Source: Bugula neritina (taxonomy: Eukaryota; Animalia; Bryozoa). Taken from it: a DNA stretch of 64,000 nt. The notes under the pieces are model-generated. The model did not search any database and was not told where the DNA came from. It worked only from the letters and a program-made list of their open reading frames with translations. A program made the position numbers and the translations under genes. This document shows, piece by piece, positions 12,748-27,205 of this stretch; position 1 is the first letter of the stretch; every line of letters starts with the position of its first letter. The stretch is from the NCBI GenBank assembly GCA_964035545.1, contig OZ037772.1, positions 12,708,818 through 12,772,817 on the forward strand, in the 5' to 3' direction.

Positions 12748-14659
12748 TTCCTTCTTATTTAGGTACCTAAAACAAAAATAAATTTTACAAGTTTAACTGA
12801 AAGAATTATATTTAAATAATTACACACAAAAATTTTCAACTAAAAAAACTTATCTGTGAAATCCCTTATTATGAAACAGATGGAACTTTTGGTCTATTTC
12901 AAAAGGACAGCTTTGATCTAATGGGTAATGGGTTTTGTGGAGAGATTTTTGCTAGACAAAAGTTTGATGTCAACATGCTAGAGTTCTGTCTTACTTCTAA
13001 GCCCATTGGCATTGGTGTCTGCTAACCATTAGTTTAACTTATCACTAATATTTACCCTGCGACTGCAGCTTGACTCAGTAGGCTGATGTCAGCACAAAAC
13101 AGAAATTAAAATTACTATTAAACTTATCGAGCTTCTAACTCCTGCATAAGCACCCTATCAGAAGATGCTGCCATTGTAGCTATGGAATATGTGGTAGCTA
13201 AAAAAATGCCTAAGACATGGGGCTCAGCTCCAGTTCAGTTCATATGCCTTTCAGCAGTACAGCTCAGGGTTAAGGTCAAGATACCCTAACTAGGCTATCC
13301 TTCAAAATGCCAACCAGGTCAGTGTATAACTAAAGATAATAATTACAGAAACCAGAGCCAATATTTTTCCCACTTTTCAAAATTATGAGGTGAGCTACAT
13401 TGTACCAGTAACAAAAAGGATGTTGTAATGAGCCACACACGGCAGCAGCCAAAGGCCATCTTTAAATAGCTGACGGAGCTCATTATACAATCATAGCAGC
13501 AAATTAATAACATTTTAGCATGATACCGAAAGGTATCTAAAGGCTGGGGACAGCCATCCGGATGTTTGCCAGGGGATGGTCCTGTCGTGTGGAGGCAATG
13601 TGCCACAATGTGGTTGACCAGATTTTGTTGCAAAAGTGCTTTAGAAAACATCTTGTTTAATATTCCTGGTGTCAAATGCTGTCATTTCTGGTCAGTAAAG
13701 TGTTTCTAGCCCTTAAAATATGATATCCATGCATAAGTTTTATAGCTATATTATTACACTTTATTCACTAATCAGAAGCCAGTCTAAGGCAAGCTAAAGG
13801 AGAACAAAAGGTTCGCTATACTCTTTTATCTTTTTCTTGTAATTTGTTTTGTAATTAACTGCAATTATGTTATGTGCTGAGTTAATAGCCTTTAATACAT
13901 TTTGTCTTGTCATGCGCCATATTATATACATATTATATTATATACTACATATTACTCAATTATACTGTATTCAAATTATAATGCTTACCCTAATTTCACT
14001 ATTATTGAAGACTTCACGGTGTTGGTTTATGAGCTAAAGTGTTAGTGATCTGTAGAGTTGGTGAACTAGAATGAACTAATGAACTATATTAATACCAACT
14101 TTCACCTGCCCCATCTGACTACACTCATAATGGCATCAGTAAAGTTTAGTTATTCAAAAAAGCTTGCTGGGTCCCTAGCAGACCAGTAAAACTGTTATAT
14201 ATATACCTATTTATATATAAACAAACAAAAATGCAAACAAACACACAGTTTGTGCATATTTGAAAATGTTAAAAACTTTCTATGGCATCAATTTGTTGTG
14301 GATAATGCCATATAAAAGATAGCTGAGTCCCCACTTCAAATGAGTTTTCGTTTACTTGCATAATGTAAAAGAAGTTGAAAGTTATTCAATAAATGATTTA
14401 AGAGGAGAATTTTTTCTTAGAAAAATAAGTATAAAAATGAAATTTTGTGTGGCAAAAATCAAAAATTAAATACCATGCTGATGGCTACAAAACAAGAGAT
14501 TTATTATTTGTTATATGCTTCAAGGTTTTGCTAATTATACCAGATTGCTATTCAAGTTGATTTCAAAATTTATCTACATCCCAACAGCTGATAAAATCTT
14601 AATAAATAAGTATAAATATATGATTTTATGATTACAAATGACGTACAGTACATTACACA

Positions 14660-14900
14660 AATTATAACATGCGGTCCAATATAAGGTTTGACAGATATAC
14701 TTCATCTAAAATCAACAATGTTAGCAAAGTATTTGGCCGGGTTAAACATGTGATCTACAACACTCGCATGAAAGCAACATTAATTGCATATCTCAGTCTA
14801 TGCAGGCCTATTTTTGAGCATGCTGACATAAGGGAACTGAACATGACCAAAACTTAATTTTTAACTTCAAAGAATGATGCGGCATCAGTGATGCTCATAC
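14660..14900 (+). mobile_element. Degenerate LINE RT fragment
   Basis: LIAYLSLCRPIFEHAD resembles LAYTSLCRPLLEYAD at 55706. Confidence 0.7.
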
Positions 14901-15817
14901 TGATCAAAACTTTTGAAGACATTTTTGGTGAAAATATGTTTTCATTTGCTGAGGATAAACTATCGGAATGGTTAAATAATACTTGATCTGCTAAGAAAGA
15001 AAGCAAAGATAAATTTTTCTATCCTCACAGAACTTAAAAGCTTAAAAACCTAACTTAGCTACATGCTAGATTTATTTATTTATAAATTAAAACAAAAGCA
15101 ACAAAAGATAAACTCACTAATTTTGCCTTAGGTGCTACTAGAGAAATTTATTTTTAAGAGAGGACTTAATATCCATATTGACATTTTATTAATAGAATAA
15201 ACATAAAAGTCAGCACATAGATATTCATAATGATCCTAAAAGTCAAGTAACATTCATACTAATATGAGTATCAGTCCCAGATTGATATTCATATAATTTG
15301 ATATTCATATTAGTAATATATAATCAGTATAAATGATAAAATCAAATAGTAGCTACTAATACTAAGAGTAATCAAAATTAAAATAGTAAATTAGTATAGA
15401 AAATATGTACAAAAATTTGAATTATAATTACATCAACATCAATGTTTAACATATTAATATTTATATTCATATTTAATATAAATATTCTTAATGTATGTTC
15501 ATGTCAATAATTGTTAGTAGTTAATTTCAATGTTTATTGCAATTATTATTATATTTATTACAATTACACCCACACTCATCAGGGCAATGCATTAATTTAC
15601 TAACACTAATTCAGTAACTGTAATCACGATATCATTCATATTGATATTCATTATACTTGACTTACTTGCTTGACTTACTTGAAGATGCAATCACGTTAAA
15701 CCGCTAGATTAATGTAAGCGACGTGCCTCGTTTGGTGAACAGAATTATTAAATGTAGTTAATACTTTTATCACATAAGTGCAGTTCTGTTTTAAGACTTT
15801 GGTGCCAGTACAGGGCC

Positions 15818-18500
15818 TTATGAGGCCTGTCTGTGAGCAACATTTGATGTAATTTTCATATCACATATTGTTCTGGGTAGGAAGATGGCATGAAATAGTG
15901 AGGTGTTAGTCCTAAAAGTGGTGGGCCTGCCATTTGACTGGGACCTGGTGGTAACTGATGTAGTGGGCTGGTCGATGAGGTGTTCATACGATTTTGAGAG
16001 TAAAGGATGATATTCCTCTTTGGCCAGGATCCGCATCAAGAGACTAAGTCGTAGGTCTTTGCGCCTGAGCCACCCCTGCCTTTAATACCTGCTACAAATC
16101 TCACAGCCTGCCCTTGCACTTGCTCAATTTCTACTACAGCCTTCTTGGAGCTAGGGTCCCACACAGCAGCAGCATATTCTAGGTGAGGACGACACAGAGC
16201 TTTGTATGCTATTAACTTCGCCTTTTCTGCTGCCCAATACAGTGCCCTTTTAACCATCCCGAGTTGTCGTTTTGCTGTGAGTAATTTCTGCTGGATATGC
16301 ATGTCGAACTTCAGGTCTGATTGTATTGTGACACCAAGATACAACGCGTGGTCAACAACTGCGAGAGTCTGGCCTCCAAGTGAATAGTTATGTGTGAATT
16401 TCTTGTTACTGAAGATAATGATCTTGTTTTTTTTTTCACATTGAAAGACATACCCATCCTACATGGCCAGGAGTCCAAAGAGTTGCGGTTGTGCTGAAAA
16501 CGGGCTGTGTCCTGCTGGCTTGTGATGGTCTGGTACATTAAGGTGTCGTCTGCAAATAGGGCGACTGGGCAATCTACCTCGTTTGAAAGGTCATTGATAA
16601 ATATCAGAAAAAGCACAGGCCTGAGAACTGATCCCTGAGGTACCCCTGACGAGACTGGGAGACTGTTTGACACCTTACCATTAAGTATCACCCGCTGGGA
16701 CCTATCAGTAAAGAAGTTATGTATCCAGTGAAGTATTTGTGTGTCAATTGTTCTGATCCTGGAGAGTTTTTCCATTAGAAGTGCATGCGGCACCTTGTCA
16801 AAGGCTTTTGTGAAGTCAAGCACCGCAGCATGAGTGCTCAAGCCTTTATCTGCCACACTGAGAATATCATGCATGGTGGCACAGAGTTGTGTCTCACATG
16901 ATAGCCCTTTTCTAAAGCCGTGCTGTCTGCTGTGGAGGAAACTATCTATTTTCTCTAGTAAAATACCAAGAACGATGTGCTCTAGTAGCTTACATGGAAT
17001 GCTGGTTAGGGAGATTGGCCTATAGTTGTTGGCAGAGCTCCTGTCACCACTCTTGAAGATAGGGGTGACATTGGCAGATTTCCAACTGTCAGGGAGTTCA
17101 CCATGCTGTAAGGACTTGTTATAGATCTGAGTCAGGCCTTCTGCAGTCAGATGTGTATCAATTGTAAGGTCAGCTTTACGTAGTTGGTCTGGCCTTGGAG
17201 CTTTCCCATTTTTAAGGCCTGCCAGTAGCTTCTTCACTCCCTCAATTTCAATATGGGTGGTGGGTTCATTGGCATGTGTCTTTGGTAGCTTTTGAAGCTG
17301 GTGTCCACTGTTGAATTGCTTGTGAAAGTGGTGATTTAGGATATCTGCACACTCCACGGCATCATCTGTGGACGAGTTGTTTGGCTTGGTTAGACGAATG
17401 AGCTGTTTACTAGTTCGCGTACCCCTTAGGTGTTAGTAAAATGGTCTGCAGTTGCCTTCAGCCAGAGGTTTGCATATGCGTGATTCCAAATATGCCTTCT
17501 TGTGCTGTCACATATTTTTCTTTGCCTGCTTTCTGTACTGCGCATATAACTTATGATCAAAAGGGTCACCTGCCTTTTTAAATCTGTTATATAGAAAACG
17601 CTGCTTTTTAACCATTTTTCGGCTATCCTGGTTAAACCACATTGGTTCAGCATCGTTTGGTGATCTCCGAGTTTTCTTGGGAACACACTTATTAACTGCT
17701 TCCCGCTTTCCTGTGAAAAACTCCCACATTGTATTGACATCATCTAAATCTGAGAGTTTATGTTTGATTTCCTTCAGAGTGTGCTGAAAGCTGCCAAGGT
17801 CAACCTCATTGTACGCTTTAAATGTGTATTTTGACCTGTTCTTGTTTGCACGAGAGGAAAGTTTGGCTGTCAAAATGAAGTGGTCACTTAGCCCAGGGCG
17901 AATAACATTGGCATCAACTACTTGGTCTGGTCTGTTGGAGCATATTAGGTCTAGAGTGTTACCATGTATATGGGTCGGCCCAGTAATAAGTTGGTCAAGG
18001 TTATGTTGTGCTAGTATTGACAAGAATGCCAAATTAGGTGTTTTGTTATGAGACAGTGGTTTTACTCTGGGGCCATTTCAGTCAATACCTGGCATGTTCA
18101 TATCACCAATTAGTAGCAGGTGATCATTTGGATATTTCATTGTAACTTTCTCCAAGACTCCATGCAGTGGGCCAAGATCCCTGGCAGTTGGGGGTCTGTA
18201 GTAGCATCCTATAAGCAGGGACTGATAAATAATGATCTCAATGTTACTTGCATTGTTGCAAGAAACCTGTTCCACAGAAATCACATCATTGATGGCCAAC
18301 AAAACCCCACCCCCATGTACATCTTGGTCTTTCCTAAAAATGATTTTGTTTTGGTAATCAAAGATTTGATGGTCAAAGATTGTATGGTCCAGGTGGGTTT
18401 CAGTCAGACAGATGACGTCGTAATCATGGGTATCAGCAGAGAGCTCTTCAGTTTTACCTTTGGCTGACCTTATGTTCGTGGCAAATGTTTTTAAACTGTC
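15818..18500 (-). pseudogene. LINE ORF2: AP endonuclease and reverse transcriptase, multiple frameshifts
   Basis: NIRSAK, VICLTETHL, YYRPP, IGDMN, TLDLI, SDH (APE); NYRPISLTS, QHGFR, LDFTKAFD, GVPQGSVL, FADD (RT). Confidence 0.92.
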
Positions 18501-19484
18501 AGTAAGTTGGAATTCTCTGAGGTTGGGCTGTGCTGGTTATTTGAGTGGAGAACTATGCTCACTTCCCTCCATTCCCCCAAGACAGGATCTTCCTTTTGTA
18601 TTTTCAGACTTCTTATCCTGTATTCTCCATCAGTATCAGGGCTATGCTTTAGATCTCTAATTCGCTGACGTAATGCATATTGTTCTTCTCTTTTTTCCTT
18701 ACTTTCATCTGGCTTGACAAACACATTGAGCGACCTTAGAGAGGCATTCGCTCTTTTAATTAACTTCCACTTACTTGCCTCGCTGGTAAATTCCACCTTG
18801 ATAGGTCGGGGTCTGTTTGGATCTACAGATCCACTTGTTCGAAGTCTTATAACACTTTTTGGTTGCCGATCAGGTTGGGCATCGCTGTGTTGGAAGCAGT
18901 AGTTTTTCATTAGGTCTTTTACTTGATTCAGTGCAGTCATTTCTTCCTTTTCCTCAATCCCATAGACAATAGCATTGTTTTTCCTTGCTTGGTGCTGGTT
19001 TGTGTCGAGGTGTTTCTGGAGAATGGCCCGAGCACTCCTGTTAATCTCTTGTGTTTTTCGCATACCCTCATCATTGGTTTTAACAGCTTCTGCATAAGAC
19101 TTTTCTAACTTTTCCATCCTCATCTCAAGGCTATTATTGGCGGGAGTCATGTTTTTGATCAGACTTTCAACATTTGACAACTTCTCTGATGCGGCTGTGT
19201 TAGCAGCAATCACTGCTAGACTTCCTAAGGAAGCATCCTCATTTCCTATGGAAGCTGATTCAATTTGGGGACAGCATGTGTTACAAAACCATTTGATACC
19301 TTTTTTGTCGTTTTTGTCAAGAAAGCTTACATCAGCATTCTGAAGATCTTGACACATTCCATCTAGTATTCATTTTGTGCTGCTTTCCCTCTGAGTTCCT
19401 ACCACTCATGTAGCAATCAGCCTCCTTGCAGATCTTACAAAGTGTTTCAGCTGGCTTCTCAGTCTCATCATCAAGAGCAGGCAT
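18491..19484 (-). pseudogene. LINE ORF1 (PHD-like Cys cluster, coiled coil, RRM-like region), frameshifted near the N-terminus
   Basis: CKIC...WFCNTC; RKNNAIVYGIEE; RPRPIKVEF. Confidence 0.85.
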
Positions 19485-20801
19485 GCTTTTTATTTTGTTC
19501 AATCCAAGTTTGAGTTTATGCTGTGCTTATAATAGCATTAGCCCACCCAAGAAGGCGTGACTGACGTTAAAATGAACTTTCTACAGTTTGTTACTCTCGA
19601 ATTTGGGTCTTAGAGTTTAAGTTGGTTAAAAAAAAATTATGTCATGAGTATAATACTAATAGCAGTAGTAGTCGTAGCACTAGCACTAGCAGCAGCAGCA
19701 ATAACTGAAAGACTAAGGGTGGCACTAACAGTAACAGTAGTTGCAAGACTAAGTCTAAGAGTAAGAGTATGAGTAAGTTAAAGTAGCAGTAGTATTATTG
19801 TCACTATGGATATTAAGTTCTGGTCAGTTTCTAAGACTGAGTCACACAGGACCAGACTTTTGAGTCAAATCAATAAGCACCACTGCCTCTACTAGAGACT
19901 CGAATGTTAAAATTACGTTAAAATGTTAAGTTTAAAATTTGGCGTCCTTCATTCTGACTAATTATTTTAATTTACTAAATTAGTATTTATATAAATATAA
20001 TTTAAATTATAATAGTAATAATATATTCATATCACCAGTCAGTATGACTATGTCTATTAGTATTAGTATTACTATCATTATGATTATTAGGTTTAATATA
20101 AGTATTAAATTACACATTCACATTGTAAAACTCAATATTTCAATATTTAATATTACTCTTAGTCTTATTACTTATTAATTTTACTTTTAGATCATTGCTA
20201 ATATTCATATTGAGTATTAGTATTACTATTAGTATTACTACTACTACTAGTATTACTAATACTAATAGTAATACTATTACAATCAGATTTATTATTATAA
20301 TTATCATTAATATTATTAATATCACCACAAGTATAAATTTAAAATAACTATTAGTATTACTATTAGTTTATTACTATTACTAATACTATTAGATTTATTA
20401 TTACTATTACTATTAGTATTACTCTATTAGTATTACTATTAGTATTAGTATTACTAATTACTTTTAGTTTTACTATTACTATTACATTAGACTTAGTATT
20501 ACTATTAGTATTAGACTACGACTTAGACTAACACTTACAGTAACTCTAAGTTTTAAGGAGCAACTTTCGGGGGAGCTTGCTAGCTAGATTTCTTACTACC
20601 CTAATTCACAGATACCTGGACTACATTTTAATTAAAAGCTTTCAGTTATAATAAATTCTCATTCCTGATTTATTTCATTTGTCGTTTGTCAGTTGTTCTA
20701 TTTCACTAGAAAACATGGCGCCCAGTACAAATTCACATTCCCAAAATTTTCATTATTTTTCAAAAAAGGCATCCCGAGACGTCAATGGGGTAATTGGTCT
20801 C

Positions 20802-20827
20802 ATTGCGTATGGGAAGTTTCGTTTTAC
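20802..20827. promoter_or_regulatory. Shared composite motif copy 2; putative promoter of gene A1
   Basis: CpG patch with AACATGGCG (YY1-like) and a minus-strand donor CAG|GTATCT near 20617. Confidence 0.4.
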
Positions 20828-23152
20828 CGTAGCGTAATGTCCCTCCTGGCACTTATTAGCAAGCAGAATAACTAAGGTAATCCCACAGCATCCATTATTT
20901 TAGTAGTTATACACCACCATAAGATTTGGGCTAGTATTTTTGCACTTGTAGTTAAAGTTACAATAAAATGCTTTGGTAGAAATGCCTTTGTAGCCCCACT
21001 TGAATCCATGTTCAGAGTTTAATAGTGAGGCCAGTATGTCAAACTAAATGCATGGCACGAGGTGAAGGGCATATCTTGTGACATGCTACTAGTGACATAA
21101 TAATTTACTTCTGCCATTATTTAATACTGGCAGCAGTACTTGCTAACAACTTATAAAATTATTTCATGTAACTAGCTACCTGAACTTCGATAACATTGGA
21201 TCTATGCCAGGTATGCATAATCCAGGCCAGTAAGTGTATTATAGTTTATGGGCTCAGATACATAATGCACAATAGCAAACTTTGTAGCATAGTAAATATG
21301 CTAACAAAGCCCAGTATAGATGCAGTCAGTATATACTGGATAAACATTTTTAGTAGTCTAGTACTGTAGCCTTGTAGTATGTAGTATTCAAGAACATGTT
21401 TATAACTATTTTGTTTTGTTATGGTCAGTTCTTGCCTTGCCCTGCCATATATTAGCTATATTAGAAGTTCATAGGTAATACCTTCAAAAGTACAATGAGT
21501 GTTAACTGTTCTATATATGATAGACGCCATATAAAATAGTTTAACCTATATATACACCATATATTATAAGTTGGGTTGGTTTCAAAGTCTACGGGAGGAT
21601 TCTACACTCCATATCAAGAGACAATACTCAATAAATGAAATTATGCAATGCTATAATTTAGATGCTAAACTTGAAGTTTATACTATAGCTGATGAAATTG
21701 TTAGCTCTATTTGGACTATTGCAGTGTTGAGTTTACCCAGTAGTCCCTGCTTGCTTAGGTGACTTTCTTGTCTTGACAATAATTTTTTGACTGATTATAC
21801 ATACACTATGTCATCTTTTATAATTCATCTTGAACATTTTTTCCCTTTAGCAAATAAACACAAATTTACTTCACACGACAATATTCTTAAATTGCAATGC
21901 AAGTCTAAATTAAATATTTTTAGATATTTAAGATATGACAATGGTTTATAATATTATGCGGCATAATTCTCAACATAATTAATACACTGTAGTACAGTGT
22001 ATTAGTTGTATGAAAGTGTAAGGTTCTTTGCAGTTTTTATTACATATTATCATCAGTAGGCTTTCATGTTATGGCTCGACTTTTTAACAACTTTTAGCAG
22101 TTGTCTCCCATGTCTTTATTATATTTTACCAAAGCATTATCAATTAGAAAAGCAAAGGAAACTATACATAAAAAACAATAAATGTGAATTTGAATTGGAA
22201 GTATTATTGAATGTAATGCAGATTAGCAAATATTTTAGAAAACATGTGAAATTGATTACCAGACACATTTTACCATATGTACATTCGTTGATAGTCTCAA
22301 TGGTAAATTCATTTCATCACACTTATTTGCTGGGTCCTGACATAATACGTTATTGCCTAGTGTTTGCCAAAAACATTATTAATAAATTTGCTTGTTTTTC
22401 TTGTTGCATATTTCATACAATTTTTACTTTTTAGAGAAACCATTGATAAAAATTCAGTCAGCATGTTTTTAATTAAAATTTTAAATTGAGTATTCTGTAG
22501 AGTTGAACACTCCAACACACAAGCAATAGCCCAGTTCAGGGTATATAGCTGAACTTTAAATGGCAGTTTCAATTAGAAGTTATAACTTATTAATGTGCTA
22601 TATTTTTAGTTAACAATTTGGAGTCATCCATGTTAAACCTGTTAAACTGTGAACTCTGCATTTTCCTATTAATAGCCTTTATGATTTATAACTTATGAAA
22701 GCAAACGGAAGTAGTGGTAATTTTTAGATATTATAACATAATATATTGCTAGCTTCTTAAAAGCTGAAGTATAATAATTATATTCTAATATCTCAATAAA
22801 GAAAATAAAGCCCATCACCATTATATTATATATCAGCAAGACAACTACCAAACAACCCGACTCTGGAGAATTTACTTTAATGTACTAAAGCTATAGAAAA
22901 ATTACTAACATGAAAATGTTTTTAAATTATACACTTAGTATAAAGCCTTTCACTAGGATAATTTCGCTTCTATTTATATATTTAAAGCTCACCAATACCA
23001 TAATATACTCCTTACTTGGTTAGTATTAAACTCAAGATATATTGTCCCTTATAGCTGCTATTAATATGGCTATTTAGAATATAACATCACAAAAGCCAAT
23101 AAAGTTAATCAGCTGTATAAAATTGTATTAAAATTATATCCGTGCATTGAAA

Positions 23153-23440
23153 TCAATTTTTGGAAGGGTTAGCGGCACTAACCCATTGGATGAAAGCTTT
23201 GACTCTTTTTTTCGCACCTCTACATTTCTCAGAAAAATAATCAAACCAAGTTTCCTCATCATCAGAAGTTTCAGCAGCTGGCCTCGATTCTAGTTGTTTC
23301 CTCTGTTCTGCAATCGCCCGGTCTTTGGTTTCTAATTCCTTTCTTTTCAAAGCCTCTATTACTAAATTTTGTTCTTCAAATTGCTCCTTTGAAATATTGT
23401 TTTGATTCAGTTGATCTCTTATAGCACTCAGCTGCCCTTA
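23153..23440 (-). pseudogene. Remnant duplicate of the GTPase terminal exon
   Basis: QLSAIRDQLNQNNISKEQFEEQK...EETW aligns with 24548 and 63065; in-frame stop upstream. Confidence 0.75.
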
Positions 23441-24547
23441 TTTTTGTGAGCATATGAGAGAATAATGGTTAGATACTTTATTATAAGCATATGAGATGTA
23501 ATAATAAGTGAATTTTTGACCATTTGGCACTCCATAATGACAAACAGTATCATGTTATAACCTTCAACTTTTATTAACTGTTTGTTCACAGATTTAGACA
23601 GATCTGCAAGTTACAGTGTTTGCCCAACGACCGTCAGTTATACTGCTATAGTAAACAACATTCAATGATGTGCCTAAAGCACTTTTCAACGAATATAATG
23701 GTAGTTAATGGCCCGTTTATTGCTATGTTACATAATTACTACTATTATTTTTCTCACCTATCTCGCTTTGTCCTGTAGTGGGATAATTACTACTATTATG
23801 TCCTTGTTATATATTGCAGAAAAAGCATAGCAAATAAAGCTAATTTAGTTTTAAAATATTAATGAATTTGATAAGTTGTATGCAGCAGGTATAATATTAT
23901 ATTATAGAGGTATCTTATTATACAGGCATATGTTACATAACTGCATATATTATATTATGCAAGTATAATATATGCAGTTACAATATATGTAAATATCATA
24001 TACAATGTATCTTTGTTTGAGGAGTCTCAAGTTTCTAATTTCTACTTTATTGTCACTTCATCAATACAAAGTATAATATAATAGTCATTGTGAACCAAAA
24101 GTCAAACATTTTCTCTTCAAACAGAAAGTTGCTTTAGCTATTGAAGCTAATGTATACAATATAATATATGGCTATTGTTATATTATATATACTACAGTAT
24201 ATAATAAGTCGTAGTCTTTACTTTTAGCTGGTGCAAGATTAAGCTTTGATTTGGATATCAATGGTAATAAGTTTAATTGTGCAAACAAAAATAGCAAAGT
24301 TCTAGAAATGCAGCCAGAATATGAATATTCTAGTTATCTAATTATCTAAAAAAACTTTTTATACAAAAACGGTTGGAGTATTGCTGGGGTACATATAGAA
24401 CTGTCTTTTGTTTTAAAGCAACTGGTTGCACTCAATATTTGATGTTATTAATGCAAAAGTACTATTTCTATTAAAACTAGTTGAAAAATATTCTTTGCAT
24501 TAAAAGTGGTTACACATTGTAAACCCACATTAATATATATCTTAGTT

Positions 24548-27147
24548 TTAAAAAAACCTTTTAAACAAATTTTCATATGCAGTTTGTGCAATGAACCCAG
24601 TGGCATTCCCTACACCTCTAGCAGCACCAGATGTACATTTTGCTGCTCCTTCAGAAAGTTCTTCTGCCCAAGTGGGCTCAAAGAGTTTAGCCAATTCTTT
24701 TAATTCTTTTGACTCCAATTGTTTTTCAATCTTTTCAATTTGTTCAGCTAGAGATTTTAATCCATCTGTTTTCTTAGACGTTAATTTTTCTTTTTGTTCT
24801 TCAAATTGCTGCTGTGAAATGAGATTCTGACTCAACTTATCCTGTAGAGATGTTAGCTTCTCTTCATATCTCTGCTTGATCTCTTGTCTTGTTCTTCTGT
24901 TCTGTGTTGCCAGCGCTTCTTTTTGTTGTGAAATAATTGCCAACTTTTTAAATTCTTTCAGTGAACTCGCCTTTTGCTCTGCCTGGTGTTCAAGTTTTGC
25001 TTCATACTTTTCTTTTAGAGCTTCTTCTTTAGCTTCTGTTTCACGTGCTAGCTTTGCATTTTTTTCCTTATATTGCTGTTGATTCAACTTATTCTCTTTT
25101 CGTTCCTCTTCTAAAATTCTTTGTTGTTCATCACACTTCAGTCGATTTTGTTCCAATTCATCCCTCATCTTTTGCAGCTCTTTTTCAGTTTCTTCATTTT
25201 GCTTTTTCTTGGCTACCAGCTGTTCAAAGATTTTTTTATAATCTTCGATGGCCTGTCTTTTGTCACGAAGAAGCTCCAGATACTCTCTATAAACATAAAT
25301 AATTATGTCTGCTTTAAACAATATTGTTACTATTATAAGCAACATATGCTTATTTTTTAAACTGATTTCTTACAGAGTATGTGGGTTTTCTGCATATTTA
25401 GATACACATTTATCACTCTGAAACATTTCTAGGGTTTCTTTAAGTATTCTCTCCGTCTCTTCAGTAACATCTGCATTTTCTTCAGCCATGGCTCTTTTTC
25501 CAATTTTCTGCAAGAAAACTAGTTAGCTTAGTTAACTGATGAATGCAATTTCAAACTAGTCAAAAATACTGGAATATTGCTATTAGATCAGAGTATTTTT
25601 TCTGTTTCTCACAATTTTTCACTTGTTTTATAAAAGTTTATTATATAATTTAAACAATTAAATATGATTTAGTTTACAAGAACAAAAATTTTTATGTTTG
25701 CTATTTAAATTTCACTGGCATTTTTAATCTTATAGAAGTTTTAATCAATTAATTTAAACTTCAATGCAGCTATACATGATATTGTAATAATTTTATGCGT
25801 AGAATGTTATGATTCGCTGCATGCAATTATTGGTGTGGGTTGTTAGCTGATTGAACACAGTGACTCTTTGTAGGAGGGTATTTATGCACAATAAATAAGA
25901 AATGTAATACTCACAATCCCCTTTATTTACTCCATAATATATATAAATCCAAAAGTAGCAGTTAGGGAGGACAACTCCTTACATGTATGGAAAACTTACT
26001 AGTAAACTGGTAAACAAAGTATAAGATAATTAACTAAGTGTGTTATTGTCCTGGCTTGGTAGCTCCGAGATGCGTCCTGTTGTGCTGCTGGCTGAAGACT
26101 GACTCTACTGTGTTGAGGGCCTCCTTTTATACGTTGGGGAACATTCCCACCAGAATGTTCCGAGCGAATTCGAGGGAATTCGCTCGAATCGCAGGGGATT
26201 CGCAGGGCTAGAATAAAGGAATCGCTCGAATCGAGCGAACTTCGCAGGGAAATCCCGGTTATCTTGATTATATAAGTGTTCCTGTGAGCCGTCAGAAACA
26301 ATAGCTAATCCAGTCACGTCGGTAGTAATAAGTAGCTGGGAATAATAGCTAATCCTATCATTGCCAACATAACACTTAGCTGTTACAATACTATGGCTAT
26401 GTAATGATGTATATCTAAGAAAACACGCATTCCATGGGAATGAAGATAATAATAGTAAGGGGGATACAAGCATTAGTTACTATACACAATTTTACCACAA
26501 TATGAACTTTGTTATCCCTCCAACATTTGAGTTATATTTGTTCAATTAGAGAAGAAATGCAAGGATGTAACATCTTTGCATTTCTTCTCTACTAGAAAAA
26601 TTTCAAAAGTGGATTTAAGACTACAAAAATTATTCATATTTAACTATATAGAAAAAGTCAGGTTAAAGCAGCTAATTGAAGTGGGTTTTATAGCAACTAA
26701 TCAATATTCAAAGCTTTTAGTTAATAGCTATAGCTGTATTGGAGATTAAAGCAGTTAACCACTCAGTCACATTCAACTGCTTGCTGCACATTGTGAATGT
26801 ATCATTCTTCATTTCCTGCTTCTTGTTGGTCTGGTAAATAAAACGATATGTTTCAACTATTCTTAAGATATCTGTAATCACCTCCATTTCCTGGTTATAA
26901 AAGTCCAGAGCTTTCTCATAAGCTTTTGAAATCAGAGACTCAATGAGAGCATCTGCAGACGTAAGGATTGTCAGTTTTCCCATCCTCACAGTACGCTGAT
27001 GCAATGCCTGCAGTAATATAAATCAACAACAGACGTAAGTTGAGATAAACTAGCATCTTCTAACATCAGTTTCAACTCTAGCTAACTGCTTCTTAAATAT
27101 GTACACACACACACACACGCACACGCACACACACACACAACACACAC

Positions 27148-27205
<58 letters not shown>

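Larger units (their letters stand above)
15655..19600 (-). mobile_element. Near full-length, decayed CR1/L2-group LINE
   Basis: ORF1 followed by APE-RT ORF2 on the same strand; 3' tail of CAAGTAAGT-like repeats near 15655-15682; 5' boundary approximate. Confidence 0.9.

Noticed and set aside
13343-13675. 110-aa ORF in a GC-richer patch
   Set aside because: No recognisable motif or splice context in the frames I checked
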